A stretch of DNA of 64,000 bases from Octopus vulgaris (GCA_951406725.2 OX597833.1:1612001-1676000); one strand, 5' to 3'; positions 13,160-30,067 are shown, counted from the stretch's first letter. Numbers and translations: made by a program. Notes: generated from the letters alone by a model not told the origin.

Positions 13160-13489
13160 GAAATGAGAGCGATGAGGAGAGAGTGAGATACAGAGAGAAA
13201 GAGATTAATAAATGCATAGAGATATACTTACCAATACAAATATACTCCTGTTTAGCCCCAATGTGTAAAATGATTTATAGCACGCAACCGTTGTTATTAA
13301 AATCATTATTTAGTTAAGGAAATTGCATAATTAAAACTTTCTAGATAAAAGAGGTAGACATTTGCTAATACATCAAAAATATTTCCTATGTTATTCATTA
13401 AATATTAATCTAAATGTCGTTCGTTCAATTTCCCTTCGGTTATATTTTTCCACTCTTAATGTTTTACTCAAGTACAGCAGATTGCTGGA

Positions 13490-13682
13490 CGACTCATTAC
13501 CGCGGCGGAAAAAGGTCTTGCAGCATTTCTATTAACGTTCTGAGATTAAATTCCGCCGAGGTCGAATTATCATTTCCTCATTTCGGGGTCAATGAAATAC
13601 GTTGAAAACTGGGGATCAATGTCTTCTTGTAGCACCCTGCCCCAAGTTTCCAGGCCTTGGGTCAATGGTGGAAATTATTATT
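13490..13682 (+). mobile_element. Family C SINE, degenerate
   Basis: acgttctgagattaaattccgccgaggtcga...tttcggggtc matches the reverse complement of the 184-bp unit at 56913-58048. Confidence 0.7.
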
Positions 13683-13899
13683 TTACTCAAGAGTTCATGG
13701 TTTCTTATTTTTGTTTCAAAGAAGACTTATTTGTTATTTTTAGCTCCTGAAATATTGTAGAAAACGTAAGCCTGAACTTATGACGTAAGTTAGCACCAGA
13801 TCAGCCGAGCCGAATAATAATTAAAGAAACGAGATTTAAATTTGGAATTTTCCCTATTTCTATATCTAAGCGAGGACATATGCTGTGTGTACCTTAACC

Positions 13900-14480
13900 T
13901 GAAGATCATTGACCGTCATCCCGTGTAGTGCCTTGTGGTTCCATCTCTTGATGTGAAGGGGGCTCTGTTGATTACAACCTTTGAGAGCTGGTAGGGTTTC
14001 GGAATCTACAGGTTAGATTTGGGGGTTGTGCATGTGAGTGTTTCCGTTTGGTCGGGTGCAATGTTAGAATTGATACTATCTAACCTGGAGTCGCTCATTT
14101 TGACGTTATATGGATTGAAGAGCTTATAGTAGTCTGCGACCACCGTGGAAACATTTATTGATTAACGACAGGAAGCTCCTGACCACTTTAATGGAAAGGT
14201 CTAGGTTACGTGCTGAGTTGAACAAAGTGGGGATTCTCGTTCTAGTTGTCTTCGAGCAGAGTATGGGTCTTCTATATATATGCCAACTTCTGGATAAATG
14301 CACTCTTCACTAGTGGGCCATTCTAGTGGTGGTACTCTATTGAATGTTTTCCAATCGGCTGAAAGCTTGTATATTCTCCTGCTTACACCTGATACTGTGG
14401 GCGGCGTAGTAGGTGATTGAAGCTTCTGTGACGGAAAATTTCGTTGAGCACCACTTTGATACTTCTTTGCCGTCTCTCAA
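13900..14480 (-). pseudogene. Penelope-like retroelement ORF remnant (RT thumb to endonuclease linker)
   Basis: TRTRIPTLFNSARNLDLSIKVVRSFLSLINKCF / YYKLFNPYNVKMSDSRLDSINSNIA resembles the PLE linker pattern RKRxIIWFNPP...FLxLIDKHF...KIFNRNTVKVSYSCMPN (recalled, not searched). Confidence 0.7.
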
Positions 14481-14738
14481 GATTTCATTTTCGTTGAATG
14501 AAATTCTCGCATGAATAAGAAAAGACGAAAAACTCAGGTGAAGAAAGCAATTAACGGAGGCATTCATTTCAATTCTTAAAGCAAAATCGTAACTAACCAA
14601 AGTTGTGAAAAACATCTGCGCATGACACGAGTATTTACAATAATGTCTTTCAATGTTTTAATACCACCATTTAGTCTCTAACAAGTGGTAGTATCAATGG
14701 ACTTTCTTTACATTACTAACGCTGTTCTATTTAATTTG

Positions 14739-14786
<48 letters not shown>

Positions 14787-14856
14787 CACCGCATTTAGTC
14801 TGTGTATAATTATCTCAGAATTGCTTACGTACCATCATACATATGTCTGAATGGTA

Positions 14857-16475
<1,619 letters not shown>

Positions 16476-17580
16476 ATAGAATTTGGATATATTCTATTTA
16501 TAGTCGTTTACTCAAAAACTTATATTGATTATATTTATCTTGCATGTGAACTCAATGCTTATGCTTTTGTTTATCTTTATTTTATTTACTGAGTTCGCCC
16601 TTCCATAAGATACCTATTTAGGGCCATTTACTTGTTAGTTACTCTGATTAATCTTTATTTATGTACCTTCATATTTGATTACTTCTGAAAAACTTGTACT
16701 ACTTTGATATCGATTATTATCGCCTGACTGTATATCAACGGGGTAATATAGGTTGTAGCTATCGAACCTCCTTGTTTCTGTTCATATTAATTACGAAATT
16801 CTCCCTCCGACAAAACTAAGGAAATTATGAACATTTTCTGTAAGGTTTCTCTACATATTTATTACGGAATTCTTCCCTCGATAAACTAAATTAAATAAAG
16901 AGCATTTTTCCTGTTAGATACGCTACGCAATCTTTTTTTGATATCTATAACTTTGTTTGGATTAACTATATATATATATATATATATATAGTGTGATAAA
17001 TAAAATATATGCATACATACAAACATATATGTACGTACCGACACCTACATGTATATATACATGCATATATAAATATATATACGTAGAGGACATCACAGGA
17101 AGACGAAAAAATGAACAGAACGAAAACGGAAAGGACATTTTGTTACAACAGAAGGACAGAGACGTGGAACAAGACGAAACGAAAACGAAAACGGGAAAAA
17201 CAATTATGTGCAGCAGAAAAACGAAGTACAGGATATATATATACGTATACATTAGACAATGAACAAGCAAAGAAGCGGACATGATGCGGAAAGTGGATTT
17301 TTGGCAAACTATAGAAGAGCGCGGGTGGAAATCCAAAGGGGTATGAACAGCCTGCGCACCCAACAATAAAAACAGACGATATGCATAGGTATGCGCGTAT
17401 GTATGTGAGAGTGCGTGTATGAGAGCAATTATGCATGCTTATTAGTATATGTAAATAAAAGTGATATTAGCTGAAAGCATTTAACAGAACATCGGAACCT
17501 CTCGTTCCCTATTGGATCTAGGGTCACTATAGTTTCGACACTTGTGACATACCCCACAAATATATATACACACTTATATA

Positions 17581-17615
<35 letters not shown>

Positions 17616-17623
17616 ATATATAA

Positions 17624-17660
<37 letters not shown>

Positions 17661-17727
17661 TCATATGTATAGATACATACGTACACACTCTCTCTCACTC
17701 TTTCTTTCTCTCTCTAACATATACACA

Positions 17728-17782
<55 letters not shown>

Positions 17783-18355
17783 ACACATACATATTGCCAT
17801 GTGCTGAGTTGCAGGAAGAAGCAGTGTTCAAACAGCTTCAAGTTACCTCCCAGACAATTGAGAACAAAATGTTTAATGTTTCTCATTAACTACAGGAATT
17901 ATATCACCAGGAAAGCAATATCGATGGATAGGAGGCCGGGATGTCTACAGATATTTAAAGAGAAGAAGCAAATTGCCCAGCATGTTCCATCCGACATTGT
18001 TTTTTAGCATTGTTTTTTAGCAAAGGAAAATCACAGATTCAGCTCACAATAAATACTGACGCAAGAACAGCCCGAATAGTTAGAGAAAAATGTACTGCTT
18101 TTCAAGACACACATATACCCCGGGTTGTAAGCTAGGTGGCAACGCGATATGGTTGTATTGGTATCTACATACACGCTATTTGACAGTAAACTGCAACTAA
18201 CATGCACTTATGTCGTAAATAATCCGTTCTGTTGATTTCGTTTTAAATATAAACACAAGTGGAAACGAATCGGATGGTCGGAGACACGGCAGTATGTGCG
18301 CATGCGTATGTGTGGTTATATAATTGGTTATATAAAGGATCATATACATACGTAC

Positions 18356-18388
<33 letters not shown>

Positions 18389-18536
18389 CATATATATATA
18401 CGTACATATATATATACGTACATATATATATATATATACGTACATATATATATATATATACGTACATATATATATATATATTATGTATATATACATACAT
18501 ATATACGTACATATATACATACATATATATACGTAC

Positions 18537-18569
<33 letters not shown>

Positions 18570-18795
18570 CATACATATATACACATATATACGTACATAT
18601 ATACATACATATATATATACATACATATACATACATATATATATATACATACATATATATATATATACGTACATATATATACACATACATATATATATAT
18701 ACACATATATATATATACATACATATATATATATACATATATATATACATACATATATATACACATACATATAATATATATATACACACATACAT

Positions 18796-18830
<35 letters not shown>

Positions 18831-19406
18831 TACATATACATACATAATTTGATACGCACTTAAACTTATTTATATGTCTGTGAGTGTGTGCATAAAATAT
18901 ATATATCTATATATATATATATATATGAGTGTGTGTGTATATATATATAGCATGCACAGATATGCGTATAAATGTTTGCTTGAATGTATGTATACGCTCA
19001 CAGCCACACACAAATTCTGTTTGTTATAGTAATAAATATTAACGATCGTTAAATGAGAATAAAAATAAATTCCGTTTAATCTTTCCAGCATCAATGTGCA
19101 ATTTAAACATGAGTGTTATCTTTCGTGTCCAACATATATAATTATAGTTTATCATATATTTCAGATTTACTTTCACTTTTTTAGATCTTTTTTATTGATA
19201 TAATATCTCTTAGTCACGACAGTTGGTAAATATCACCCTCAAACATTCTCTTTAGCATTTCGCGTTTGTTTTAGGCGATCCTGCTGCGCTTTCACTATCA
19301 GTAGAACCATCGATACAGCGGTGACCGTTCGACTGGCTAGAAATAGCAGCCAAATCACTTTCATATTTAGTCCTATCCATTTCGAGAGACCACAGTTCCA
19401 TTATCA

Positions 19407-19410
<4 letters not shown>

Positions 19411-19437
<27 letters not shown>

Positions 19438-19654
19438 GTACTTGTTTCAGTCATTTGACTGCGGCCATGCTGGAGCACCGCCTTTAGAGTGGTGAAAGAG
19501 TACAGCAGGGATCACCACCTCCTGCCGGAGCCTCGTGGAGCTTTTAGGTGTTTTTTTCGCTCAATAAACACACACAACGCCCGGTCTGGGAATCGAAACC
19601 GCGATCCTCCGACCGCAAGTCCGCTGCCCTAACCACTAGGCCATTGCGCCTCCA
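19411..19654 (-). mobile_element. Chimeric SINE: family B head plus family A/LINE tail (tail type 3) with 27-nt poly(A)
   Basis: Minus strand: ggaggcgcaatggcctagtggtt...ctgtactctttcaccac joined to tctaaaggcggtgctccagcatggccgcagtcaaatgactgaaacaag. Confidence 0.85.
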
Positions 19655-19669
19655 GATGCCTTTCATCTT

Positions 19670-20113
19670 TTATCTTTCATCTGTTTTAGTCATTAGCCCG
19701 CGGTCATGCTGGGGCATCGCCTTGAACAGCATTTGTTTTGTCGAATGAATCGACGGCAGTACTTATATTTTGTTAAGCATGGTACTTATTCTATCGGCTC
19801 CTTATGCCAAACCATTGAGTTACGGGACGTAAACACACCAACACCGGTCGTGAAGCTGTGGCGGGGTACAAACACATACACAAAGACTCCTGCACACACA
19901 CACACATATGCACACACACATACACACGCATACACACACATACATATATATGACAGGCTCGTTTCAGCTTCCGTCAACCGAATCCACTGAAAAGGCTTTG
20001 GTCGGCCCTAGGTAACAGTAGAGGACACCTGACCAAGGTGACACGCTGTGGGAATGAACCTGGAAGCATGTGGATAGAAAGGAACCTTCTTACCACACAT
20101 TCACACCTGCGTC
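19670..20113 (-). mobile_element. Family A SINE, diverged
   Basis: Collinear similarity to 42020-42470. Confidence 0.8.
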
Positions 20114-20454
20114 TATATGTTTATAATGTTAAAGTAAGGAATCGCAAAAAGAAAAATTCTTCAAGCTGTGCTAACCTGCAGTAGAGTTGGGGATAAACCA
20201 AGGATGAGATGATTACAAAAATCCCTGAATTTAATTTTGTAACGCTTGGGGATCCAACCGGAAAGTATAATGAAAATGGAGATCCTGCGGAGGAATAATT
20301 GAGGAGTCTACGCTCAAGAACCTACCAGAAATTGTGACAGACAAGAACGGTGAGATGGAGATGATTAAAAGGTATTTAGTTCTACCTTGAAAAATATAAG
20401 CCTGGAGAATACACAAGAATCTCTATTTTTTTCACGCACCATCTTGGGCTACAT

Positions 20455-20672
20455 ATTGGTTTCAAATTTTGGCACAAGGGCAGCAATTTCTTGGAAGTGG
20501 GTAAGTCGATTACATCGATCCCGGTGCTCGATTGGTATTTTTTTTATCGACCCCGAAACGGTTAAAGGAAAATGTCGACCTCGGAGGAATTAGAACTCAG
20601 AATGTAAAGACGGCTGAGATTCTACTAAACATTTCTCCCGACGTCCTAACGATTCTGCGAGCTTGCCGCCTT
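20455..20672 (-). mobile_element. Family C SINE
   Basis: aagtcgattacatcga...ttatcgaccccgaaa...gtcgacctcgg...gaactcagaa. Confidence 0.8.
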
Positions 20673-20689
20673 GATTTGCGCTAAATATC

Positions 20690-21225
20690 AATGGGCTTTC
20701 TTGCTGGTTCAAGCTTTTTTCTTGAGGTGTCCGTTCATTGTTTGGAGTCCCATGTAACAATATAGCGTGTAAGAATAAATGATCATAGTAATGTGGTAGA
20801 CGTTACCCGTTCTACTTGGCCATCAAGTGCTTTTAACAGAGACCTATATGTCACAAACAAATGAGCCAGGCCTGCGGTCTGAGTATAGAAGAGGCCCTTC
20901 GAGTTTTTGAATTCTTGCCTGGTGAGCCATCAAAATTCTCATAGAAATCGACCCATGATAAACAATGATGTGGCTATTAAAATTCATAACAGAATGTAAG
21001 TAACATGCGGAAGGATGTGCCTCTCAGTTGGAGGTCTAAAAGGACATGTTAAGAGAGTGCATATGGTGGCACCTGTTTCTCATGCTAGCCAGCACAGTTG
21101 TCTAGTATGTAAAAGCTTGACCGGGCTTAAAAGTCATATAAGGGCATCACATGGCAACAATCATGAATCATTTCAGTAAGTCTTATTGGCAATGGATTTT
21201 CTCGTGTAACGAGGATGCAGCTGTG
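20690..21225 (+). pseudogene. RTE-clade LINE remnant, internally deleted
   Basis: C-terminal zinc-finger-like CKSLTGLKSHIRA followed by a short RTE-like end (ctcgtgtaacgagga); upstream INNDVAIKIHNR resembles the RT thumb. Confidence 0.55.
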
Positions 21226-21234
21226 ATATATATA

Positions 21235-21279
<45 letters not shown>

Positions 21280-21737
21280 GGAGAGAGAGAGAATAAGAGA
21301 GAAATAACCGCTTTCATTCTCTCCGACTAGAAGTTACAAATAATATAAAATCTGTACCGAATTTTCCTCCTTCGATCAGGCCATAAAGAATGCACTTTTC
21401 TTTTATTCTGTTTCTAGCAGTGTGTTTTCTATACACGTGGTCCTTTGAGGAGGTTTGGCTGCTATTTCTAACAAACAGTCCTTATATACAAACGCTCTCA
21501 ATAACAGTAACACCCGACTTGTGTAGGAAATTTGTTATGTCCTGTGGCAATCGATGTGCAGGGGAGATCTCTAACAAACGTCTGCAAACATCATACTAAG
21601 TGTATTTAGTTCATATTTACATATCTTTCGATTAATATTACAGTTTTGAATTAATTGAAGCATCTTGGGGTTTGATCGTTCTCTCATTTTGCACATGTGA
21701 CATCCAGACGAAACTAGTTCTACGGTTATTAATATTT

Positions 21738-22150
21738 AGGCGCAGGAGTGGCTGTGTGGTAAGTAGCTTGCTTACCAACCACATGGTTCCGGGTTCAGTC
21801 CCACTGCGTGGCACCTTGACCAAGTGTCTTCTACTATAACCTTGGGCCGACCAAAGCCAAGTGAGTGGATTTGGTAGACGGAAACTGAAAGAAGCCCGTC
21901 GCATATATGTATATATATATATGTGTGTGCGCGCGTATGTTTGGGTGTCTGTGTTTGTCCCGCTTACATCGCTTGACAACCGATGCTGGTGTGCTTATGT
22001 CCCCGTGACTTAGCGGATCGGCAAAAGAGACCGATAGAATAAGTACTAGGCTAACAAAGAATAAGTCCCGGGGTCGAGTTGCTCGACTAAAGGCGGTGCT
22101 CCAGCATGGCCGCAGTCAACTGACTGAAACAAGTAAAAGAGTAAAAGAGT
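21738..22150 (+). mobile_element. Family A tRNA-derived SINE, full length
   Basis: A-box-like tggctgtgtggt, B box ggttcagtccc, internal TA/TG microsatellite, 3' tail ggcggtgctccagcatggccgcagtcaactgactgaaac ending in (gtaaaaga)n. Confidence 0.9.
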
Positions 22151-22362
22151 ATTTATTAAGACCATTGCACAAACTTAGATTTTTCACAGAATTTAGCAAA
22201 TGGTTGATCGTATTTTTGAAACCAATTGCGAATTTGCACGTTTACAAGCTTTTCCGAAATTAAAAAAAAATATAAATCATTCTCCTTTTTTGTTCGCTAC
22301 TCTATGTGTATATACATATAGATACATACATACATACATATATGCATGTATGTGTGAGAACG

Positions 22363-22562
22363 TGTGTACCGTTGGCGATTTTTTTCCCTCCGTCTTCCCT
22401 TCTTTGGATCTTTCCTTTTCCTATGTTTCTGACGAAGAGCTCCGCTCGAAACGTTAAATCCTCCTTCTTTCTTTCCTTTCCTGAGCGTCCAATAATACTG
22501 TACTTGTTCCTCGTCCTCGCGTTGTTGTGTTTTCTCTTTGTGTTTTCATGTTTAGATTAACT
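22363..22562 (+). mobile_element. Family D1 hammerhead-bearing element (core 22425-22459)
   Basis: gttt-CTGACGA-a-gagc-tcc-gctc-GAAA-c-GTT-aaat; canonical CUGAnGA core. Confidence 0.8.
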
Positions 22563-22972
22563 TTATATATACACACATACATTCATACGTTCTCACACAT
22601 ACACACATATATATATATATATATACACACATATTTATCTATATGATTTAGGTGTGTATACATATGCTCATAATCTATTTCTGTCTATTATGTATTATTC
22701 GTTCTGTGTGTGTGTGTGTGTGTGTGTATGTGTTTGTATATGTATGTGTTTGTGTGTGCACGCGTATATGAGTGTATACGAAGAAAACAAGAAACAGAAA
22801 TGTTTAAGGAGCTAAGCGACTAGACTCTTCATGTATCGATATTGAACACTAATTGAGAAGGTTTTCCTTGCTAAAACTTTCAATGATGGAAATTTGATTC
22901 TCGTTATATTCATGTTATGCTATTAGTGCGAGATGTTATTTCGCATTTTCACATTCATGTATATATACACAC

Positions 22973-23053
<81 letters not shown>

Positions 23054-23247
23054 TATATATATATATATATATGTATAGATATATATATATATATATATAT
23101 ATGTATTTATGCATAGGTGCTATTTTGCAATGTGCGTGCACCTCATTAGTCGAGCGCATTTAAACAAAAATTTCTTGAAAATTCAGTTGGATCGGAAACA
23201 ATTATCGTTGTGTGTGTATATATGTGTGCATATGTATATGCAAATAT

Positions 23248-23295
<48 letters not shown>

Positions 23296-23328
23296 GTATA
23301 TAAACATGCATAAATCTATATTTAAAAA

Positions 23329-23384
<56 letters not shown>

Positions 23385-24190
23385 GTGTGTGCGCGCGTGT
23401 ATGTGCATTTAAATTTGTATTTTCAGATAGTGATCGCCAGAGACAGTCACAACGAATAATTTTGCATCTGAAATTGTGTTGTCGAATTACAATAATCTTC
23501 CTCACGAATCTTTAATCACTATTTCTAGTAAGAATTATATCTGTGTGTGTCTGTGCATGTGTATATGCGCTTGTCTATGTCTCTACGGCGTATATAATTG
23601 TGTACAGCTCAACGTATGTGCTTATATATTTACAGATATATATATATAGATCTCCGCTTACAAATAGATATTCGTGTTAAATCCTGTCGCAAACATACAC
23701 GCATATGCACGAGATTTTCCTTACAAATAAACATTTCAACATCCTCGCAGGCACACACACGCGCACATACACACACACAAACACAAAAGAAATGGAAATA
23801 CACACGATGCTGATATATAGATATTTTATAAATACCTTCAGATTAATATATGAATCAGCATATATTTCTTACAAAAATGTAAAAATTTAAGATCTACTCT
23901 TCTTTATATTTAATATACAAATATTTTTATATGAACATATTTGTTTAATATTTGCAAATGCATGCAATGCGTGTATATATATATACATATATGTATATAA
24001 CAATTTTAGACCATAGAACGCAGAGTAGATAAACGAAAGACTTTAAAAGAGTTAAATCGAAGGAAATTAAAGATCCTGAAGAAACTGCACCAGTATTATA
24101 GAAGGGCTGCAATTGTAACGGTTGCTAAGCAATGCAGGAGAAACATGTGTACGTCTGTGTAAAGCAGTATATATATATATTATATGTATG

Positions 24191-24260
<70 letters not shown>

Positions 24261-24264
24261 TATG

Positions 24265-24311
<47 letters not shown>

Positions 24312-24578
24312 GTAAATGTAATATGTGACAGTTATTCGGTAGCCAAAATAAAACTCCGAGTTTCGAATGCCGAGGTGGAAATTCACGCCACCATCTTTTC
24401 AGTTATCTGGCCATCGGAAAAACGCTATGAAAAATGACCATTATACAAAAGGAAATTACTGTGTTATTGACCGCTATTAAGACAAAAGAGCCATTTGAAT
24501 GACCTCCAAGTAAGATAAGGGGTTAAAAAGTTCATAGGATTCGTGTAAGCGCGTCTGTTCATACCTACACGTTTTTAT

Positions 24579-24653
<75 letters not shown>

Positions 24654-24934
24654 TGTATGCATATTGAACAAAAGGTAATGTTATGCCTCTTGTTTTTATT
24701 ATTGTTTATATATATATAGCTGAAGAATTAAATTTTATATTAATCAAAGGACACACTGAGTATGTCTACCTGCTGGAAATAATAGTCAATATCCATATTT
24801 AAACCGCTGAAAATGAAAAAAAGACACTGGTAATAACTACAGAAATAAACCGTCAACGAGAGTTAATGGTAACTTCGCAAACATTTTCTTGTGAATTAAA
24901 AAGGCATTAAAACAGAATCATTCTCTTCAGACAT

Positions 24935-25125
24935 CCACTACACACATTTTTTTATCTCTCCTTGTTTCTCTGTTGCTTTTTTATTTCTGTGTCCTTTTCT
25001 GTAGCAGAGCGTAGGCTCGAAACGTAAAAGACTTTTTCGATTCCTGAGCGTTATACTAATACATCTGTTTGCTTTGTACACCACCTGTCTTCGTCTTTTG
25101 TTGCTTTTTTTCGTAAGCTCTCCCT
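24935..25125 (+). mobile_element. Family D2 element (hammerhead-like core 24991-25032)
   Basis: Homologous to 2554-2730; ends ctctccc followed by (TA)n. Confidence 0.7.
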
Positions 25126-26194
25126 ATATATATATATATATATATATAATGTTAAGAGTGACATAATCGAGTGAGTATTTGTTGCCTCCTTTCACTGTCC
25201 GTATTACCGTAAGACGCCGGGCATATAATAAGGAGATAGTCCCGTGTGCAGAATACGGGTCATGTAAACAATATTAATAAAATATATTGAAGGAATAACT
25301 ATGTAAACCTTAGAGATACGGGGAGATTATAATGAATGGAATCATATTCTGAAGTTTATAATAAATTTCCTGATTAAAAGGACTTGAAATATCCTCCGAA
25401 GGTCTTTTCAATTTGTGAAACAAAACTCTGTCTCCGATTATTACAATGCGCGTTCGTTATGTCTTTAGGTATGTTTGAAGAATATTACGTAATGTTACAG
25501 TAGGGGAGGAGAAAAATTAATCACGGATTAAAATGTACGTATTTAAATGTTAAATGCAGCGGTTGAAAGATGGAGGCAAAGAGTTGGTTTGAAAAATACG
25601 CAAACAATTACACAGAAAGATGAGGGGAGGAGGCGGGGGAATAGGTAGGATGTGAGAGGGATGGCAAAGAGACAGTAAGAGAAATCACACAAACAACTGC
25701 GTTCATCATGACAAAATGCATAATTTTACGATATTTTCTGATCTTAAATTTTAGATATAATTATAAAATTAAGTTATATACATACATGCGTATAAAAATT
25801 GTCCATATATATATGTGTGTGTTTGTGTGTGTGTGTGTGTGTGTTTACATATATAAATATATATAAATATGTATAAACATACACGCACATATATAGAGAT
25901 AGTTAGATATGTATATACGTACATAAATATATATAAATATGTATATACATATATATATATATATAAAATATACAAATGTGTATATTTTGTGTTGTTTAGA
26001 AATATTTCGTTATCCAGCATGTACGTAAAATTAAGATTATATCAAACGATGAATAATGAATATAATGAAAAATAAGGAAAAATATAATTTTTTTCCACAT
26101 GTACACAACGCAAACACTAAACAATTTCCATATTTATTATATATTCATACATACATATTTATATATCTATGATTTGTTTATACAAACACACACA

Positions 26195-26261
<67 letters not shown>

Positions 26262-26263
<2 letters not shown>

Positions 26264-26422
26264 CGGGGAGGTTTACGAAAATAAACAAAAGACGAAGGCA
26301 GGTGGAGTACAAACAAGCAAATGTATTAGTATGGCGCTTAGGAATAGAAATAGAACAAGTCTTTTACGTTTCGAGCCTACGCTCTTCGGCAGAAAGACAC
26401 ACAGAAAAGAAACCAGGAGAGA

Positions 26423-26428
<6 letters not shown>
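26262..26428 (-). mobile_element. Family D2 element (hammerhead-like core 26359-26398)
   Basis: gtcttt-CTGCCGA-a-gagc-gtag-gctc-GAAA-c-GTA-aaagac; 6-bp helix I; (TA)n on both sides. Confidence 0.7.
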
Positions 26429-26479
<51 letters not shown>

Positions 26480-27171
26480 ATAAATATAAAAAAACACAAA
26501 CTGGGACAAGAACGCAAAACATTTTAGAAGACGATACAAAAAAACGGATGGGACATTCGAAGCCTTCGATCTTCAGGCAAAAACCGGATCATCTTCGCAA
26601 TTTCGGCTGATTAATATACATGTAAATTTATTCACACAACATAAAAAAGAGTATACGCATATAAGGTAAAGGAATAAGACAGGTGCCTTATCAGCACTCT
26701 GATGTTGTGGTTTCAAATTTTAGCAGAAGGGGTTGGGGCCCATCATTCAAATTGTACTTATTTTATCGACTTCAAAACGACGAAGGAGCACTCTGATATA
26801 CTCCAGTTCTAGCTAACCAAACCAAATTATAGGCAACACATGAATCTGTTTAAAGATAAATAATTACACTGTACTTCAGTCAGTCAGCAATATATAGTGT
26901 TCACTTCATCAGATTTCATACAAAATACAGGTTATACACAAGATATGAGGAAGAATGGAGAATTATACATCTTTAAAATTTGTGTATTATAACATTATTG
27001 CCATTAAACTAACATCAGATTCCAGCGTGACACATGTTTGTGTTGCATAAATGTCCTTAAATGCTACATCGAAATATATTAGAATGCTTATGCGACAGAA
27101 ACACGTGTGGGATTGGTACCTGAAGTGAATTTAATAAAAATGATACTCTCATAATCACATGCATATACATG

Positions 27172-27216
<45 letters not shown>

Positions 27217-27240
27217 TTTATATATACGTATGTCTATATC

Positions 27241-27293
<53 letters not shown>

Positions 27294-27427
27294 CTTTTAT
27301 ATATATATATTAAACTTTTAATATATATTTAAAATAATATAAATTAATTAATTTTATGTATTGGCTTATGTTTTTCCTTGTTTGATTTGCCTAATAGTGG
27401 TTTTATCTCTAATTTAATATATATATA

Positions 27428-27475
<48 letters not shown>

Positions 27476-27497
27476 GTATATCTATATATATACACGT

Positions 27498-27538
<41 letters not shown>

Positions 27539-27557
27539 CGTACATATATATATACAC

Positions 27558-27614
<57 letters not shown>

Positions 27615-28019
27615 TACATATATCAAAATGTACGAAAACAAAACATGTAGTAGCTTTCGTTGTTTTCGTAGTAACACGACAAATATTTTTAGCAAAAGAA
27701 TACCATTTTCAGATCCAATTGTGTTTCGTAACAATTTTCTCCTTTCTTTTCTTTCACAATATACAAATCTTTTGAGTAGGCAGTGATTTAATTTTTAGAC
27801 TATAATCGTGTTGTGAAATCCGACTTGTTATGTAAAAGAAAGCAGATACAAAATATAATGAATTTTATCATTCCATTTCATATTTCTTCAGAAGAAAATA
27901 CTCAAATGAACTTTTTTCAAATAAAGACACACAAACAAACGTTGCAATATATTTTTAAATACTTCTTTCAATGGAAATAGATTATTCTCCTCTCTATCTT
28001 TCTGCCTTCCTCAAGTTTT

Positions 28020-28072
<53 letters not shown>

Positions 28073-28123
28073 TATATATATATGCACACACACACAGGCA
28101 CACACACACATATATATATATAT

Positions 28124-28170
<47 letters not shown>

Positions 28171-28269
28171 TGTATATATTTCCACATATATATATATATA
28201 CACATACGTATATATACACATACGTATATATACACATACGTATATACACATACGTATATATACACATAC

Positions 28270-28313
<44 letters not shown>

Positions 28314-28403
28314 GTGTATATATATATATATATATACACACATAAACATATGTATGCATAGATTTATCGATAACCATATATCTATAACCATATAGAGATA
28401 TGC

Positions 28404-28434
<31 letters not shown>

Positions 28435-29215
28435 TGTTTATAGATGACGATATATCTATATCTAGGCATATACAAATATGTACTTATGTATGCATGTGTA
28501 TGTGTGTGTGTCTATGTGTGTGTGTGTGTGTGTGTTTACGTGTGCATTCGTATTTCTCTTTGTTGGAAAGATGAAAAGAAACAGATGGCGACGGTGTTAC
28601 AGTCTTTGTTAAGTTTAACCAACGATGCGGTGATTGTTAAAGAAATAAAGCTGCAGTGTTTAGTATAAAGTAGATTAGATTAGATTAGTTTTATACTTAG
28701 ATTTAGATTTACATTATATTAAATTGAATTGGACGAACAAGCGTTTCTGCCCGGCTTGCTGGTGCGTCGGTTTGTCGGTCGGTTCCTTTCTTGCTTTGTC
28801 GCTTGTTAAACGTTCATATTGTTGTACAGATTCATAATGTTGTTTTATTGTAAGCGGACGTTGGCTGTGGTATGATCTTGTCAGTGTGTGTAGTAACTGG
28901 TTTTGAACATTCGTTGCTATTTTTGGCTACTTTTGTTGGTTGCAATTAGAGACTGTGGTTAATTTTGGTTGGCGGGGTGGCATACTTCTTATGACGTTGA
29001 GCCCTTCATAGAATCGCTGATGAATTACCATCCCAAAGTCATGTAAATTTCCATTCTAAAATCAAAATGTATAATTGAGAAAAAAAAATCTATTCATTTA
29101 CATTCCCCGTTCTTTTATGTCATTATAGCTTTTAAATTAAAAAAATACATGTGGAAATTTAGTGAAAATGCTTAACAAAATTGATAAGGAGCAATAAAAA
29201 ATTTAGTCAAATATA

Positions 29216-29402
29216 GTGGGGGCACAATGTTCCAGTGGTTAGGCAGCGGACTCGCGTTCGTAGGATCACAGTTTCGATTTCCAGACCGGGCGTTGTGAGT
29301 CTTTATCAAGCGAAAACACCTAAAGCACCACGAGGCTCCGGCAGGAGGTGGTGGTGAAACCTGCTGTACTCTTTCACCACAACTTTCTCTCACACTTTCT
29401 TC
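29216..29402 (+). mobile_element. Family B SINE, 3'-truncated
   Basis: Head and body match 6558. Confidence 0.85.
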
Positions 29403-29900
29403 GAGGCCAGCAAAAGACGGGTATGGTCTATCACAGACTGTGTACACAAAAAGGTCATAGTCACTCACCTTCCCGATCGTTACATTCTTCCTTAGATCTC
29501 TTTTGAGTCTTACTTGCGTTATCCTAGCGTCTGCAAATGCTTTCACTGCACTCCACACATTTGTTCGCCATCCAACTCGATTCGAAGCAAGGGTTTCTAT
29601 ATCTTCTGGAACCATTCCAAGTGACTTCATAGTAGTTCTTATGCCGTCCTTAATCCTTTTTTTAGGTTTACATCGATAGCAAGCTCACCATAAAACACCT
29701 TTTCCGTCATGCGCTAATCTGCCATTCGAACAGTATGGCCACACCATCACAATTGATTTCTCAAAATCATAGCTTTAATTGAGGTGATGCCTGCAAATGC
29801 AAGGACATCTGTGTCTGGAATAAAAGAACTCCATTTAATATTTAAAATGCGATGAAGGCATTTTTAGTAGAATTGATCTAACTATTTGAAATGCCTTTCT
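29403..29900 (-). pseudogene. RTE-clade LINE C-terminal remnant
   Basis: WCGHTVRMAD, KPKKRIKDG, IETLASNRVGWRTNVWSAVKAF and a decayed zinc finger VCDRPYPSFAGL, typical of RTE ORF ends. Confidence 0.8.
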
Positions 29901-29965
29901 TAACAAGTCCAAGTTTCACAGGAATACAACAGTGATGGTAAAACATATGGTATGTAAAGATCCAG

Positions 29966-29997
<32 letters not shown>

Positions 29998-30067
29998 TAC
30001 ATAACTATATCTATATACATCATATACATGCATACATATATTTACACACACACATACACACACTTAT

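Noticed and set aside
26480-26620. Hammerhead-like fragments on the minus strand
   Set aside because: CTGAAGA and GAAA pieces do not assemble into three helices.
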